From Bacillota bacterium (GTDB lineage Bacteria > Bacillota > Clostridia > DUPQ01), in contig DAINQB010000001.1 of assembly GCA_036743175.1 (NCBI GenBank), positions 3,523 through 67,522 of the forward strand: a stretch of DNA of 64,000 nt, written 5' to 3'. The position numbers and the translations under genes were made by a program. The notes beneath the pieces were generated by a model that was not told the DNA's origin, did not search any database, and worked only from the letters and a program-made list of their open reading frames with translations. Within the stretch, counting starts at the first letter, position 1; each line of letters opens with the position of its first letter. Shown piece after piece: positions 35,824 to 45,309 of this stretch.

Positions 35824-37512
35824 TCAATCTTTTTTATTATGCCTTTTAATCTTCTTTGTGGTTGTTTTCTCAAACTCTTCCTCCCTTATGTGGAAAATAT
35901 TGATCCGCTTGAAGGTAGGAAGCTTCTTGTTTATCTTCTTGATTTCCTCACCGATTACTTTCTTTATTTCATCCATGCTTGGTATCTTGTCTGAGATGGC
36001 TTCCCTGATGCTCTCAATGTTCGGCACTATGTGGGCCTGTATGAAATTCTCCTTGGTGATATCTTCTTCTCCGTCCGTAACCATGGACTCCAGTATGAAT
36101 GGACTGCTGTTCAGATATTCCTCGAGTTCCTCAGGGAATATATTCTTTCCGGTCTTTGTGACAATGAGGTTCTTCTTCCGGCCTGTTATGGTGTAGAAGC
36201 CGTCTTTGTCCACCCTTCCGTAATCTCCTGAATGCAGCCATCCGTCCACAATCGTCTTCTTTGTTTCTTCCGGCATATTGTAGTAGCCCAGCATGACATG
36301 GGGGCCTCTTATAAGTATTTCCCCGATACCGTCTTTATCAGGATTGTCTATCTTCATTTCATAGCCCGGAAGTGCCATTCCAAGTGCCCCGTGTTTATAG
36401 AACTTCTCAGGGTTACCCGCAGTAACGGGCGCACACTCAGTCATACCATAACCCTGGAGTATCGGCAGACCCATCTTGTCAAGGTCCCTTGAAACCTTCG
36501 GACTAAGGGCAGATGCCCCGCTTATTATATGGTGGACCCTTCCTCCAAGACTTGCATGTACGGTTTTGAACAATTTTCGCCTGGCCTTGACATTCAAAAG
36601 TGAAGAAATTCCAAGAAGCATCTTGAAGACCAGGTTCTTAATGAATGATGCCTGGGCCTTTTTCATAATCTTGGCATGAACATTCTCTATTATGAGCGGA
36701 ACTATTACCAGGATGGTGGGTTTTGTTTCCCTTATATTCTCAGCGATATATTTGAGCCCTTCGCAAAATGCAACGGTCCCCCCCGATCCAATCACGGTCA
36801 GAAAACCGCAGGTACACTCAAATGCATGATGTATAGGAAGTATTGAAAGAGAAAGATCATCAGGTGTTATCTTAAGAATTCCTCTCATCGCCGCAATATT
36901 TGAAACTATGTTTCTGTGACATAACATTACGCCCTTTGATACACCGGTTGTACCTGAAGTGAACAGAAGCATGTTCATTGCATCGGGATCGATATCAGCG
37001 TCCAGGAAAGCCCTGTTTCCTTTTTCCAGAAGTTTCCGTCCATTTTCAATGAAACCGGTATATGAGTCCTCACCCTCCCCGTCCATAGGGATCAGGAACT
37101 TCAGTGAAGCACATCTCTCTGCCATCTTTTTGACCTTGCCGGCCTGCTTGTCAGAATATACAACGGCTTTCAGGCCTGCCTCCTTTGCAAGATAAACAAG
37201 TTCATCAGCATTGAGTTCCTTGTCAAGGGGTACAACTACACCGGTACCATTTACGGTTGCAAGGTATGATACACACCACTCATAACGGTTTTCTCCGATG
37301 ACACCTATTTTTTCATCCTTGAGACCCATGGCAATGAAAGCTGTGCCAAGGGCATTTACATCATTCTGGAACACCTCATATGAAACAGCTTCATAAATGC
37401 CATTCCTTTTGCTCAGGAATGCATCATTTCCGGGGTTTGCCCTTACCACTGTATCCAGCAGCTCCCTCAGATCCCTTTTGGGTTTTTCATCATAAAATAT
37501 ATTTTTTTTCAA
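35824..37512 (-). CDS. AMP-binding (acyl-CoA ligase family) protein
   Basis: TSGTTGVSKGV P-loop motif, YGMTE and the C-terminal ligase domain. Confidence 0.8.
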   Translation of the reverse strand: MKKNIFYDEKPKRDLRELLDTVVRANPGNDAFLSKRNGIYEAVSYEVFQNDVNALGTAFIAMGLKDEKIGVIGENRYEWCVSYLATVNGTGVVVPLDKELNADELVYLAKEAGLKAVVYSDKQAGKVKKMAERCASLKFLIPMDGEGEDSYTGFIENGRKLLEKGNRAFLDADIDPDAMNMLLFTSGTTGVSKGVMLCHRNIVSNIAAMRGILKITPDDLSLSILPIHHAFECTCGFLTVIGSGGTVAFCEGLKYIAENIRETKPTILVIVPLIIENVHAKIMKKAQASFIKNLVFKMLLGISSLLNVKARRKLFKTVHASLGGRVHHIISGASALSPKVSRDLDKMGLPILQGYGMTECAPVTAGNPEKFYKHGALGMALPGYEMKIDNPDKDGIGEILIRGPHVMLGYYNMPEETKKTIVDGWLHSGDYGRVDKDGFYTITGRKKNLIVTKTGKNIFPEELEEYLNSSPFILESMVTDGEEDITKENFIQAHIVPNIESIREAISDKIPSMDEIKKVIGEEIKKINKKLPTFKRINIFHIREEEFEKTTTKKIKRHNKKD

Positions 37513-37514
37513 TA

Positions 37515-38786
37515 TTAAAGCTTATCCTTTCCAAGCCATTTCACAAGCACTTCCGGAACCCTTATGCTTCCGTCGGCCTGCTGGAATTGTTCGACTATCG
37601 CAGGGAATATCCTTGATGTCGCCAAACCTGATGCATTCAGTGTATGCAGGAACTCATTCTTTCCTGTGACTGCATTCCTGTACCTGATTTTCCCACGCCT
37701 TGCCTGATAATCACGGGCATTGGACGCCGAACTGACTTCCTTATATATGCCCATGCTTGGAATCCATACCTCAATGTCGTATGTCTTTGCCATGGAATGA
37801 CTGACATCGCCTGCTGCCAGCTTGGTGGTCCTGAAGTGAAGTCCCAGACCCTGCATCAGCCTTTCAGCCTTTCCGACAAGCTCCTCAAGGGCTTCGTCAC
37901 TTTTTTCGGGGACGGTATACTGGAACATTTCTATCTTATTGAACTGATGTCCCCTTATCATCCCTCTTTCCTCTGCCCGATAGCTTCCGGCTTCTTTTCT
38001 ATAGCATGGAGTGTATGCAAAATATTTTCTTGGCAATGTATCCTCAGTCAGGATTTCATCCCTGTGGACGTTGATCAATGCAGTTTCCGCTGTTGGAAGA
38101 AGGAACTGAAATTCACTTTCATCCTTGTTTTCAAGGGCAAATACATCATCTGCGAATTTCGGGAACTGACCTGCAGTGTATCCGCACTCATGCCCGAGGA
38201 TGTGCGGAGGAAGAATAAATTCATATCCGTCCTTTATATGTTCTTCAATGAAATAATTAAGGAGTGCCCACTCGAGCATTGCTCCGTCACCTTTATAAAG
38301 CCAGAACCCGTTTCCTGACAGCTTGGTTCCCCGTTTATAATCAATTATTCCGAGTTTCTCGCAAAGATCAACATGGTTTTTGATTTCAAAATCAAAGACA
38401 GGTTTTTCTCCAAAGGTCCTTATTACTTCATTTGCCGAGGCATCTCCTGCAATCAAATCATCATCAGGGATGTTGGGCAGGACCTCCATATAGCTTTGTA
38501 TCTTATCGAGACACTCGGTGGTTCTGGTTTCCATTTCCTTGATGGAACCTGCAAGCTCCTTCATTCTCTCAAGGGTTTCAGTAACATCTTCTCCATTTTT
38601 CTTCAGTTTTGGAATCTCAGATGAAACTGAGTTCCTCTCGGCCTTCATCTGCTCCGTCTCAAATATCAGTTTCTTCCTTTCATCATCCAATTCAATCAAA
38701 GGATTGAAATCCACGATTACACCTCTTTTAGCAAGTGCCTTTGTGACTTCCTCCTGATTTTCCCTGATTCTTCTGATGTCCAGCAT
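37515..38786 (-). CDS. serS: serine--tRNA ligase
   Basis: N-terminal coiled-coil arm and the class II motifs. A T-box leader lies upstream. Confidence 0.9.
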   Translation of the reverse strand: MLDIRRIRENQEEVTKALAKRGVIVDFNPLIELDDERKKLIFETEQMKAERNSVSSEIPKLKKNGEDVTETLERMKELAGSIKEMETRTTECLDKIQSYMEVLPNIPDDDLIAGDASANEVIRTFGEKPVFDFEIKNHVDLCEKLGIIDYKRGTKLSGNGFWLYKGDGAMLEWALLNYFIEEHIKDGYEFILPPHILGHECGYTAGQFPKFADDVFALENKDESEFQFLLPTAETALINVHRDEILTEDTLPRKYFAYTPCYRKEAGSYRAEERGMIRGHQFNKIEMFQYTVPEKSDEALEELVGKAERLMQGLGLHFRTTKLAAGDVSHSMAKTYDIEVWIPSMGIYKEVSSASNARDYQARRGKIRYRNAVTGKNEFLHTLNASGLATSRIFPAIVEQFQQADGSIRVPEVLVKWLGKDKL

Positions 38787-39034
38787 TCCACACCTCCATT
38801 TATTCCTTGGGCTCTTTCAAAGCATAAAAAACCGCCCCCTACATGGGACGGATATTTCCGCGGTACCACCCAACTTAATCATTGATTCCCTCTGGCATGA
38901 TAACCGTATGTACGGCCGGTCATTTGAACCGGATTCTCCGGGAGTGGATTCACCCAACATATATCTTCGGTTCTCACCATGCACCGACTCTCTTTGCATA
39001 CAATGTCCGGTTACTTTTTCCCATCATGGAATTA
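38787..39034 (-). promoter_or_regulatory. T-box riboswitch leader for serS
   Basis: Plus strand 38858-38872 is CCGCGGTACCACCCA, the reverse complement of the T-box motif TGGGTGGTACCGCGG. On the minus strand a terminator stem pairs ACCGC with GCGGT, followed by a T6 run (plus A-run 38825-38830). An AGAGAG stem-I element is present. Confidence 0.7.
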
Positions 39035-39040
39035 TTCTAA

Positions 39041-39069
39041 AGTATACAGCACTGCTTCAGATACGTCAA
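39041..39069 (-). promoter_or_regulatory. serS leader promoter: TTGACG, 17 nt, TATACT
   Basis: On the minus strand, -35 is at 39069..39064, the spacer is 17 nt, and -10 is at 39046..39041. Confidence 0.45.
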
Positions 39070-39207
39070 TTGAACCATGGCACAAAATGGTCACCCTTAA
39101 GTTCCAAATCCTATACACCTTATGGGTGAATCATCAGGCTTTTGCTTGGATACTGCTCTTTCACCGGATTATGCATGATAATGGCTTAACCACAAGTTAT
39201 GTTCCTG

Positions 39208-39236
39208 TTGCACGGTGCTATCCGGCATTCTATAAT
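39208..39236 (+). promoter_or_regulatory. strong sigma-A promoter (TTGCAC, 17 nt, TATAAT) driving the three-gene plus-strand module
   Basis: -35 at 39208-39213, an exact 17-nt spacer, and -10 TATAAT at 39231-39236. An SD GAGGGGAT precedes the ATG at 39256. Confidence 0.5.
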
Positions 39237-39255
39237 GTAGAGGGGATGATTTTTA

Positions 39256-39803
39256 TGGATAACATTTCGAAGAACAATGTTGGGAAAATCAAGGATTTTC
39301 TTTTGTTTGCGTTGAACCCTGCAGAGATCGTCAGGAAGAAAAAGCAGTATAACTGGTTCCTTTATCTTATTTATCCGGCTGTCGGCTGGATGATTTTCTT
39401 CCTTCAGGTCGGACTGGACAAGTTCTCCGGATTCAGGGTTTTCATTACAATGCTCCTTGGTTTGATAATCGGCTATATAGCCGTCGGGGCAATTGGATTC
39501 TTAATTGCATTCATACTTGCCAGACTAGGAATGGATATAAGGTCAGACCAGGTAATAACCCTGATATCAATGTCACACACCTATATGCTCTTCTCTGTTC
39601 TGCTGGGTCTTGTTTACAGGATCTTCGGAAGCAGTTCCGCCTCTGCATTTGGAATAACGGGATTGCTCTGCACATTGCTTCCAATCTATGCCGGAATCAG
39701 AATATTGGGCAAAAATAAAGTATACCTACCGCCTTTGCTGGCAACACTGACAGGAGTATTACTGATGTTTTCATGGCAGATGATAATTGCCATAGTATCA
39801 TAG
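39256..39803 (+). CDS. Yip1-like multi-pass membrane protein, about 182 aa
   Basis: Five predicted TM helices in the Yip1/DUF1282-like topology. The start is taken at MDNISKNN, which has a good SD. The longer upstream ORF start would overlap the serS T-box and promoter. Confidence 0.45.
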
Positions 39804-39812
39804 GAGGGTCTT

Positions 39813-40280
39813 ATGCCTAAAATGAAATTAATTATTATCTCAGCAATGATCGTTCTGTTCTCAATCTTCAATGGCCTCCAGACCAGACGGACATCTTTTG
39901 GTTTCAAGGGTTTCTTCGGCACTTTCATTGTAACATTGCTTTTCTTCGCATTTGTTTTTCTTTTCCAGACCCTTTACTACATTGTGGTGTCGAAAAAACT
40001 TGTAAGCAGAGGTGATTTGAAACCTACTGAATATCAAAGCCCCCTGGACATATGGCTCATTTCAATTCCCTTTTGTGTCCTTATGGTCATATCATATCTT
40101 TTCCTCAACTGGAATGTTGTCCAGGTCTTTATATGTACGACATTTGCACTTATTGGAATGTTGCTTGGCAATGCCCTTGGAAGAGGCGGGAAAAAATGGA
40201 GTCTGATGACTTCCCTGCCTTTCTTTTCAGGTGTAATTGCTTCAACATTGTTTACATTACTTATGGGATGGTTGGTGTAA
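39813..40280 (+). CDS. hypothetical 4-TM membrane protein, 155 aa
   Basis: Four hydrophobic helices and no recognisable motif. Its start is 10 nt after the previous stop. Confidence 0.4.
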   Translation: MPKMKLIIISAMIVLFSIFNGLQTRRTSFGFKGFFGTFIVTLLFFAFVFLFQTLYYIVVSKKLVSRGDLKPTEYQSPLDIWLISIPFCVLMVISYLFLNWNVVQVFICTTFALIGMLLGNALGRGGKKWSLMTSLPFFSGVIASTLFTLLMGWLV

Positions 40281-40281
40281 T

Positions 40282-41352
40282 ATGAAAAGAATTATTTATT
40301 TGACATTGGCAATTGTAATACTCATGGGATCAGTATCCGTCTTTGCTACAGTAAAATACCTTCCTGATTATGAAATTACTGCAGTTGATGAATTCCGGGC
40401 TGTCGGTGTCCAGATAACCCATATCTCCAATCCGACGGACAAGCTTCAGAATATGATGGATTTTACATTCAAAGATGGTAAGCCTGTAACCCGTAAATAT
40501 GTTTCCGGGGATTATCCCGAAGGAACCGTGGACCTCGGCAAAAGTACAATAGAAATGACCTTGGTCTATGACAAGGACAAGTTGGAAAATGCCCAGAACA
40601 ATTTCATAAACGGAACCTTCACATACTCACTGGACAGTGAAAACGGCTTGTTCACAACCAACGGTGAAGTAGTTGGTTCCATAGTTGATCTGGCTACAAA
40701 CAGGTCAGTATTTGATTTCTCAATTACAGATTCAGGTCAGTATTCACTTCTTCTGGAATGTTATGCAACTGACTCCAATTGGACTGCAAGTTTTGTACTT
40801 ATGCAGCCTGAATCCGGCTCAATTCTTACAACCACTGAACCTGTTATGAGAAATGACTCCGCAATTGTCACATCTGAAACCGTTGGTGATACAGTGACAT
40901 ACCGTTATGAAGAATCATTTTTCTCACATGAGGAACGGCCTCATATTCCAAGCCCTTATTATCAGAAAGATGTAGCTGCTGGTGTAGGCATCTCAACGGT
41001 TGGAATAGTTATTGTCAACGCCCTGACAAAGACTTCGGTATTTGGTTCCGCTTCCTTCAACGGAAGTTTCAATCCTCAGGCCGGACCGTCGGTACAGCCT
41101 GGTTCCGGAGCCTCTGCCGGTTCATCAGCCGGAATCGCATCTACGGCACAAAGTGCTTCTGCTGCTTCAATCAGCCAGAGTGCTTCCACCGCATCAGCCA
41201 GCGGAGGTTTCATCAAGAGCATCGGAGATTTCTTCAAGGGGCTCTTTGAAGTACTGCGTGATATGCTGACAGATGAAGGTAGAAGTTATGCAAGCGGGAA
41301 ACTCACAGATATACTTTCTGAGACAGATGTCACTGATATAATTGACAAATGA
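40282..41352 (+). CDS. hypothetical secreted / membrane-anchored protein with a Ser/Ala-rich linker and a C-terminal amphipathic helix
   Basis: Signal peptide MKRIIYLTLAIVILMGSVSVFA, a roughly 230-aa beta-rich domain, a hydrophobic segment AAGVGISTVGIVIV, a low-complexity SASAAS linker, and a C-terminal FIKSIGDFFKGLFEVLRDML. The start is taken at MKRIIYL (40282). Confidence 0.45.
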   Translation: MKRIIYLTLAIVILMGSVSVFATVKYLPDYEITAVDEFRAVGVQITHISNPTDKLQNMMDFTFKDGKPVTRKYVSGDYPEGTVDLGKSTIEMTLVYDKDKLENAQNNFINGTFTYSLDSENGLFTTNGEVVGSIVDLATNRSVFDFSITDSGQYSLLLECYATDSNWTASFVLMQPESGSILTTTEPVMRNDSAIVTSETVGDTVTYRYEESFFSHEERPHIPSPYYQKDVAAGVGISTVGIVIVNALTKTSVFGSASFNGSFNPQAGPSVQPGSGASAGSSAGIASTAQSASAASISQSASTASASGGFIKSIGDFFKGLFEVLRDMLTDEGRSYASGKLTDILSETDVTDIIDK

Positions 41353-41355
41353 TCC

Positions 41356-42600
41356 TCAGATGATGATTGCTCCCCGGGCTCCGGGAATTTCCTTTCGGAG
41401 TCCGGCAACGCCCGGATATACTGTCAGGGCGTTTTTAATTGCATTGTGATTGTTACCTGAGACAATAAGTGGTTTCTTCATTGCAGAGTGATTTTCAAGG
41501 ATGACATTCCTCATTAAATCATCATCTTTTCCTGAGTAACTTATTTCAATGGCATCAGCGTCACCATAGCATAATTCCATTAGTTCATCAGAGATATCAT
41601 CAGCTGTCATTTGGTCATGAATATTTAATTCAGCCACAGTAAAAGACCCGTCAGCATCAACACAATTTGCAGATGAGCATATCCTTCTTGTATGGTCCAC
41701 ATTCCCGTCATAAGGAACAAGTTTAATTTTTTTCTTCAGTTCGCTGATGAAATCCGGAGTCGTACCGCAGCACCCTCCGATAAGCCTTGCATTATATGCT
41801 GCAAACAAGGATGCCTCTGAAGCAAAATCAGCGGAACACTGGTCATAGACAGTTTTTCCATCATTGACTCGTGGCAGCCCCGCATTAGGCTTTACACTGA
41901 GAAATGTTCCGGTCATTGCCATTTCCCTGACGATGTCCAGCATATGTCCCGGTCCGAAAGAACAATTGGCTCCCACCATGTCAGCACCGGCTTTAAGAAG
42001 AATATATGCCGCATCAAGGGGTTTTGTTCCCATGAGTGTCCTTTTATTCTCTTCAAATGCCATGGAACAGATTACAGGAAGGTCGCATACGGACCGGGCT
42101 GCATTCAGTGCTGCCTTCATTTCCATAATGTCGGTGAATGTTTCAAAGTTAATTATATCAACACCACCATCATATACTGCAGCCACCTGCTCTTTGAAAA
42201 TATCAAAGGCAGTATCATAATCAAGGTCTCCGAATGGCTTGAAAAGAATACCTGTCGGACCTATGCTGGCAGCAACAAGGGCTTCTCCCCGGGCAGCCTT
42301 AACGGCCAGACGGGCACCCTCGAAATTGATGTCATATGTTTTATCAGATAATCCATGCCGGCCCAGCATAACCCTGTTTGCAGTGAAAGTGTTCGTCTGA
42401 ATGACATCACAGCCGGCCAGCACATACTCCCTGTGGATGTTTTCAACAATTTCAGGATGAGTCAGATTAAAATGATCAGGAGCCTCTCCGGGATTAAGTC
42501 CGTTAAGCTGAAGCATATAACCTTTTGAACCATCAAATATAAGTATTCGTTCTTTGAGTTGATCAAGAAATCCCATTGGACACCCCCGATTTTTATACAA
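41356..42600 (-). CDS. homocysteine S-methyltransferase family protein (MetH N-terminal-domain-like), stand-alone
   Basis: Zinc-ligand pattern: ...GCDVIQTNTF..., CS at about residue 212 and GGCCGTTP. A roughly 110-aa C-terminal extension follows. Confidence 0.6.
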   Translation of the reverse strand: MYKNRGCPMGFLDQLKERILIFDGSKGYMLQLNGLNPGEAPDHFNLTHPEIVENIHREYVLAGCDVIQTNTFTANRVMLGRHGLSDKTYDINFEGARLAVKAARGEALVAASIGPTGILFKPFGDLDYDTAFDIFKEQVAAVYDGGVDIINFETFTDIMEMKAALNAARSVCDLPVICSMAFEENKRTLMGTKPLDAAYILLKAGADMVGANCSFGPGHMLDIVREMAMTGTFLSVKPNAGLPRVNDGKTVYDQCSADFASEASLFAAYNARLIGGCCGTTPDFISELKKKIKLVPYDGNVDHTRRICSSANCVDADGSFTVAELNIHDQMTADDISDELMELCYGDADAIEISYSGKDDDLMRNVILENHSAMKKPLIVSGNNHNAIKNALTVYPGVAGLRKEIPGARGAIII

Positions 42601-42668
42601 TTATACCCCAAAGACTGAAATAAGCAATATTCCAGTCACTTGGGGTAATATATTAAGTAAAGCGCAAC

Positions 42669-42968
42669 TTATCTTACAGGTAACAACAAAACCTGTCCGA
42701 TTCTTAGTTCTGATGAAGTCAGTGAATTGTTTCTTTTAACCTCAGCCACTGTTCTTCTCACATCAACATTATTACCATAATACTCACAAACGATGTCCCA
42801 GAGTGTATCCCCCGGTTCTACCACTATTTCCACATTGACGGGTTCTGAATATCCTTTGGTGGTTGTTGTAGCTATTATAAGCGTGCTGCATATGATTGAC
42901 AGGAGTACAGCTATTACTATCAGAAACCTTCTTTTATTTTTTAAAACATATTTCTTTTTCATATACAA
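42669..42968 (-). CDS. SOS-regulated small membrane LysM protein (YneA-like putative cell-division suppressor)
   Basis: N-terminal TM helix and a C-terminal LysM (VEPGDTLWDIV...LRIGQVLLLP). Divergent from lexA with shared LexA boxes, as in Bacillus subtilis yneA-lexA. Confidence 0.6.
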   Translation of the reverse strand: MYMKKKYVLKNKRRFLIVIAVLLSIICSTLIIATTTTKGYSEPVNVEIVVEPGDTLWDIVCEYYGNNVDVRRTVAEVKRNNSLTSSELRIGQVLLLPVR

Positions 42969-42971
42969 CCT

Positions 42972-43045
42972 CGAACGTGTGTTCTTTGTAAATTAATCTT
43001 AACAGAACAATTGTTCGCTGTCAACAAAAATCGAACATTTGTTTG
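42972..43045. promoter_or_regulatory. Three LexA (Cheo) boxes: CGAACGTGTGTTCT (42972-42985), AGAACAATTGTTCG (43004-43017) and CGAACATTTGTTTG (43032-43045)
   Basis: Each matches CGAAC-N4-GTTCG at 10 or more of 12 positions. Box 3 overlaps the lexA -35 TTGACA (43043-43048). Box 2 sits in the spacer of the divergent promoter (minus-strand TTGACA, 17 nt, TAAGAT). Confidence 0.65.
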
Positions 43046-43101
43046 ACATATTTTTTTCATTGTGATAATATGCTTGTGTAATATTTAAACAGAGGTGAAA
43101 C

Positions 43102-43716
43102 ATGAGCAATAAATCTACTGAAAAGCAGGAAAAGGTTCTTGAGTATATCAAAGAAACCATTTCCGAAAAGGGTTATTCTCCTTCCGTCAGGGATATATGT
43201 TCTGATTTAGGAATAAAATCCACTTCAACAGTACATGCATATCTCAAGAAGCTGGTTGATTCAGGCAGTATAATTATGGATAATACAATATCCCGTTCAA
43301 TCAGACTTCCCGAACCACTTAGACAACTCGGTAGTTCAGACTTGGTGGAAGTTCCCATAGTGGGTCAGGTTGCTGCAGGTTCCCCTATTCTTGCACAAGA
43401 GAATATAGAGGATACATTTACAGTCTCATCCGCCTACACCCGAAATGCAACGGTGTTCATGCTGAAGGTCAAGGGAAACAGTATGATTGAGGCAGGAATC
43501 CTTGAAGGTGACCTTATACTTGTAAAGCAGCAGGCTACTGCAGCAAACGGGGATATAGTAGTAGCCGTACTTGAGGATGAAGCCACTGTAAAGACATATT
43601 ACAAAGAGAAGAATCATATAAGACTTCAGCCTGAAAACAGCTCAATGGAACCGATAATCGTAACGGATGATATTATTATTGCAGGTAAGGTAATAGGCTT
43701 GTTCAGATCATATTGA
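43102..43716 (+). CDS. lexA: LexA repressor (S24 peptidase)
   Basis: N-terminal winged HTH, an AAG cleavage site, and the GNSM...K catalytic dyad. Confidence 0.9.
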   Translation: MSNKSTEKQEKVLEYIKETISEKGYSPSVRDICSDLGIKSTSTVHAYLKKLVDSGSIIMDNTISRSIRLPEPLRQLGSSDLVEVPIVGQVAAGSPILAQENIEDTFTVSSAYTRNATVFMLKVKGNSMIEAGILEGDLILVKQQATAANGDIVVAVLEDEATVKTYYKEKNHIRLQPENSSMEPIIVTDDIIIAGKVIGLFRSY

Positions 43717-43745
43717 TTAACGGATGACTGTTCATTTGAATTAAT

Positions 43746-43770
43746 AAAGCAGGCCATGGCCTGCTTTTTT
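43746..43770 (+). terminator. lexA terminator (bidirectional hairpin AAAGCAGGCC-ATGG-CCTGCTTT followed by TTTTTT)
   Basis: 10-bp stem then a T6 run. It overlaps the stop of the convergent M55 gene. Confidence 0.55.
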
Positions 43771-44573
43771 CATCTTGCATTGATGGCATCCCAGGGTGTC
43801 TTATGGTTCCCGGATACGAATGTATATCCGGCTTTTCCTTCACCCGGTCTGTAAACAACGGTTTTCTCATACGGTGCTTCAACGATGAGGTCGCTGAATG
43901 AATCACGGTTTTCCAAATATCTGGCAAGGGCTCTGTAAGCTCCCTCTTCAATCAGTTCCCTGGACTTCTCAGGTGCCTTGTGTATGGCAGCTATGTTCCT
44001 TGAATTGTATTCCTCAAAAGTGCATTCGTCACCGCTTCCCGGCATCAGCCCTTCCTTGACACAAACTGTTTCTATTCCGGGAAGTAATGCTTCTGCCTCA
44101 AGACAAAGGGCTTTGTCTCCTGTTGCCAGGATAGGTTTCACGCCCAGGAACCCTGCACACATTGCAAGCTGGCCAAGTTCCCCCACCGATATCCCATTTA
44201 TGGAGTAATCAATGACGAAATGATTACCCGTATGTGGAATATGTGCATACGGAGTGCCGGCTTTGGCATGCTGCCCTATCCAAACCACGCAATCATAATC
44301 AGAAGTAAGTTCACATGGATAACCATTTGGATATCCTCTTAATAGTTCAAGCCTTTTATCAAGCATCTCAGGCTGAATTCCGCCGCATCCATGACCATCG
44401 CTGACCAGTATTTCCACTGCACCTGCTCTGAAAAGTCCTGCGGCAGCGGCATTCACCTCCATCGTAAGAAGTGTCTTGGCTTTCTCATAATTGTATGATT
44501 CAGGCCTTGTCCAGTCACTTCTGTTCAGCAGCCCCGCTACACCCTCTATATCAGTCATCATGTAAATTTTCAT
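43770..44573 (-). CDS. M55-family D-aminopeptidase (DppA-like)
   Basis: MKIYMMTDIEGVAG is the typical M55 N-terminus. Confidence 0.65.
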   Translation of the reverse strand: MKIYMMTDIEGVAGLLNRSDWTRPESYNYEKAKTLLTMEVNAAAAGLFRAGAVEILVSDGHGCGGIQPEMLDKRLELLRGYPNGYPCELTSDYDCVVWIGQHAKAGTPYAHIPHTGNHFVIDYSINGISVGELGQLAMCAGFLGVKPILATGDKALCLEAEALLPGIETVCVKEGLMPGSGDECTFEEYNSRNIAAIHKAPEKSRELIEEGAYRALARYLENRDSFSDLIVEAPYEKTVVYRPGEGKAGYTFVSGNHKTPWDAINAR

Positions 44574-44574
44574 G

Positions 44575-45309
44575 TCAGATCTCCAATTTCTCCATCAGCC
44601 TGACTATATGCACAGCCTGATAAATTTCCTTTGCTTCTTTTTCATAAAGTTGCACATCGGTTTCCGGACTCTGATGCGTCAGTGCAAGCAATTCCGCCCC
44701 TGCTTCCCTTGCAATTTCGGCACATTGCGCTGCGCTCATGTGCGGTGAGTTTTCACTCAACTGTTTTTGGAGGAAAGCAGAATCCGCAAGAAGAAGATTG
44801 CACCCTGCGGCAAATGCTGCAAGACGGTCATTTTTTGTTGTATCACCTGAATAAACGAAGGTCTTTCCTTCATATGCAGCCTTAATGGCGTAACTTTCCA
44901 CAGGATGGGTCATTCTGCAGAAGCTGAAACTGCATCCATCCATCATAAAGGTTGTCTCCTCATCAATTATGTGCACATTGAAATACTCGAATCCTTTGAT
45001 TATCTCAGCAATTCCGGATGGGGAACCCGGCATATAAAGATCGATCTTCCCTTTGAAGTCACCTCTTTTGTCCTTGATCAGAAGATTGTAGAATATGACC
45101 GGAATATCAGTGATATGGTCCCAGTGAAGATGTGACAGTATTATACAGCCAAGTTTTTCAGGAGTGATCAGCTTCATCAGATTTGACAGCGAACCACTGC
45201 CTGCGTCAATCAGTATTTTGTTCTGACCGGCTTCGAGAAAATATGATGAGCATGCTCCACCGGCTTTTGGATATGGTCCGTTGCATCCCAGTATGGTTAG
45301 ACTGAACAT
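44575..45309 (-). CDS. MBL-fold metallo-hydrolase
   Basis: HLHWDH zinc motif. Confidence 0.7.
   Translation of the reverse strand: MFSLTILGCNGPYPKAGGACSSYFLEAGQNKILIDAGSGSLSNLMKLITPEKLGCIILSHLHWDHITDIPVIFYNLLIKDKRGDFKGKIDLYMPGSPSGIAEIIKGFEYFNVHIIDEETTFMMDGCSFSFCRMTHPVESYAIKAAYEGKTFVYSGDTTKNDRLAAFAAGCNLLLADSAFLQKQLSENSPHMSAAQCAEIAREAGAELLALTHQSPETDVQLYEKEAKEIYQAVHIVRLMEKLEI

Noticed and set aside
38979-39255. Long N-terminal extension of the plus-strand ORF (MHRLSLHTMSG...)
   Set aside because: It would overlap the serS T-box leader and promoter on the opposite strand. A strong promoter and SD sit immediately before the internal MDNISKNN start at 39256.
40237-40281. Upstream start MLQHCLHYLWDGWCN for the secreted protein
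   Set aside because: It overlaps the preceding gene and lacks an SD. The MKRIIYL start gives a canonical signal peptide.
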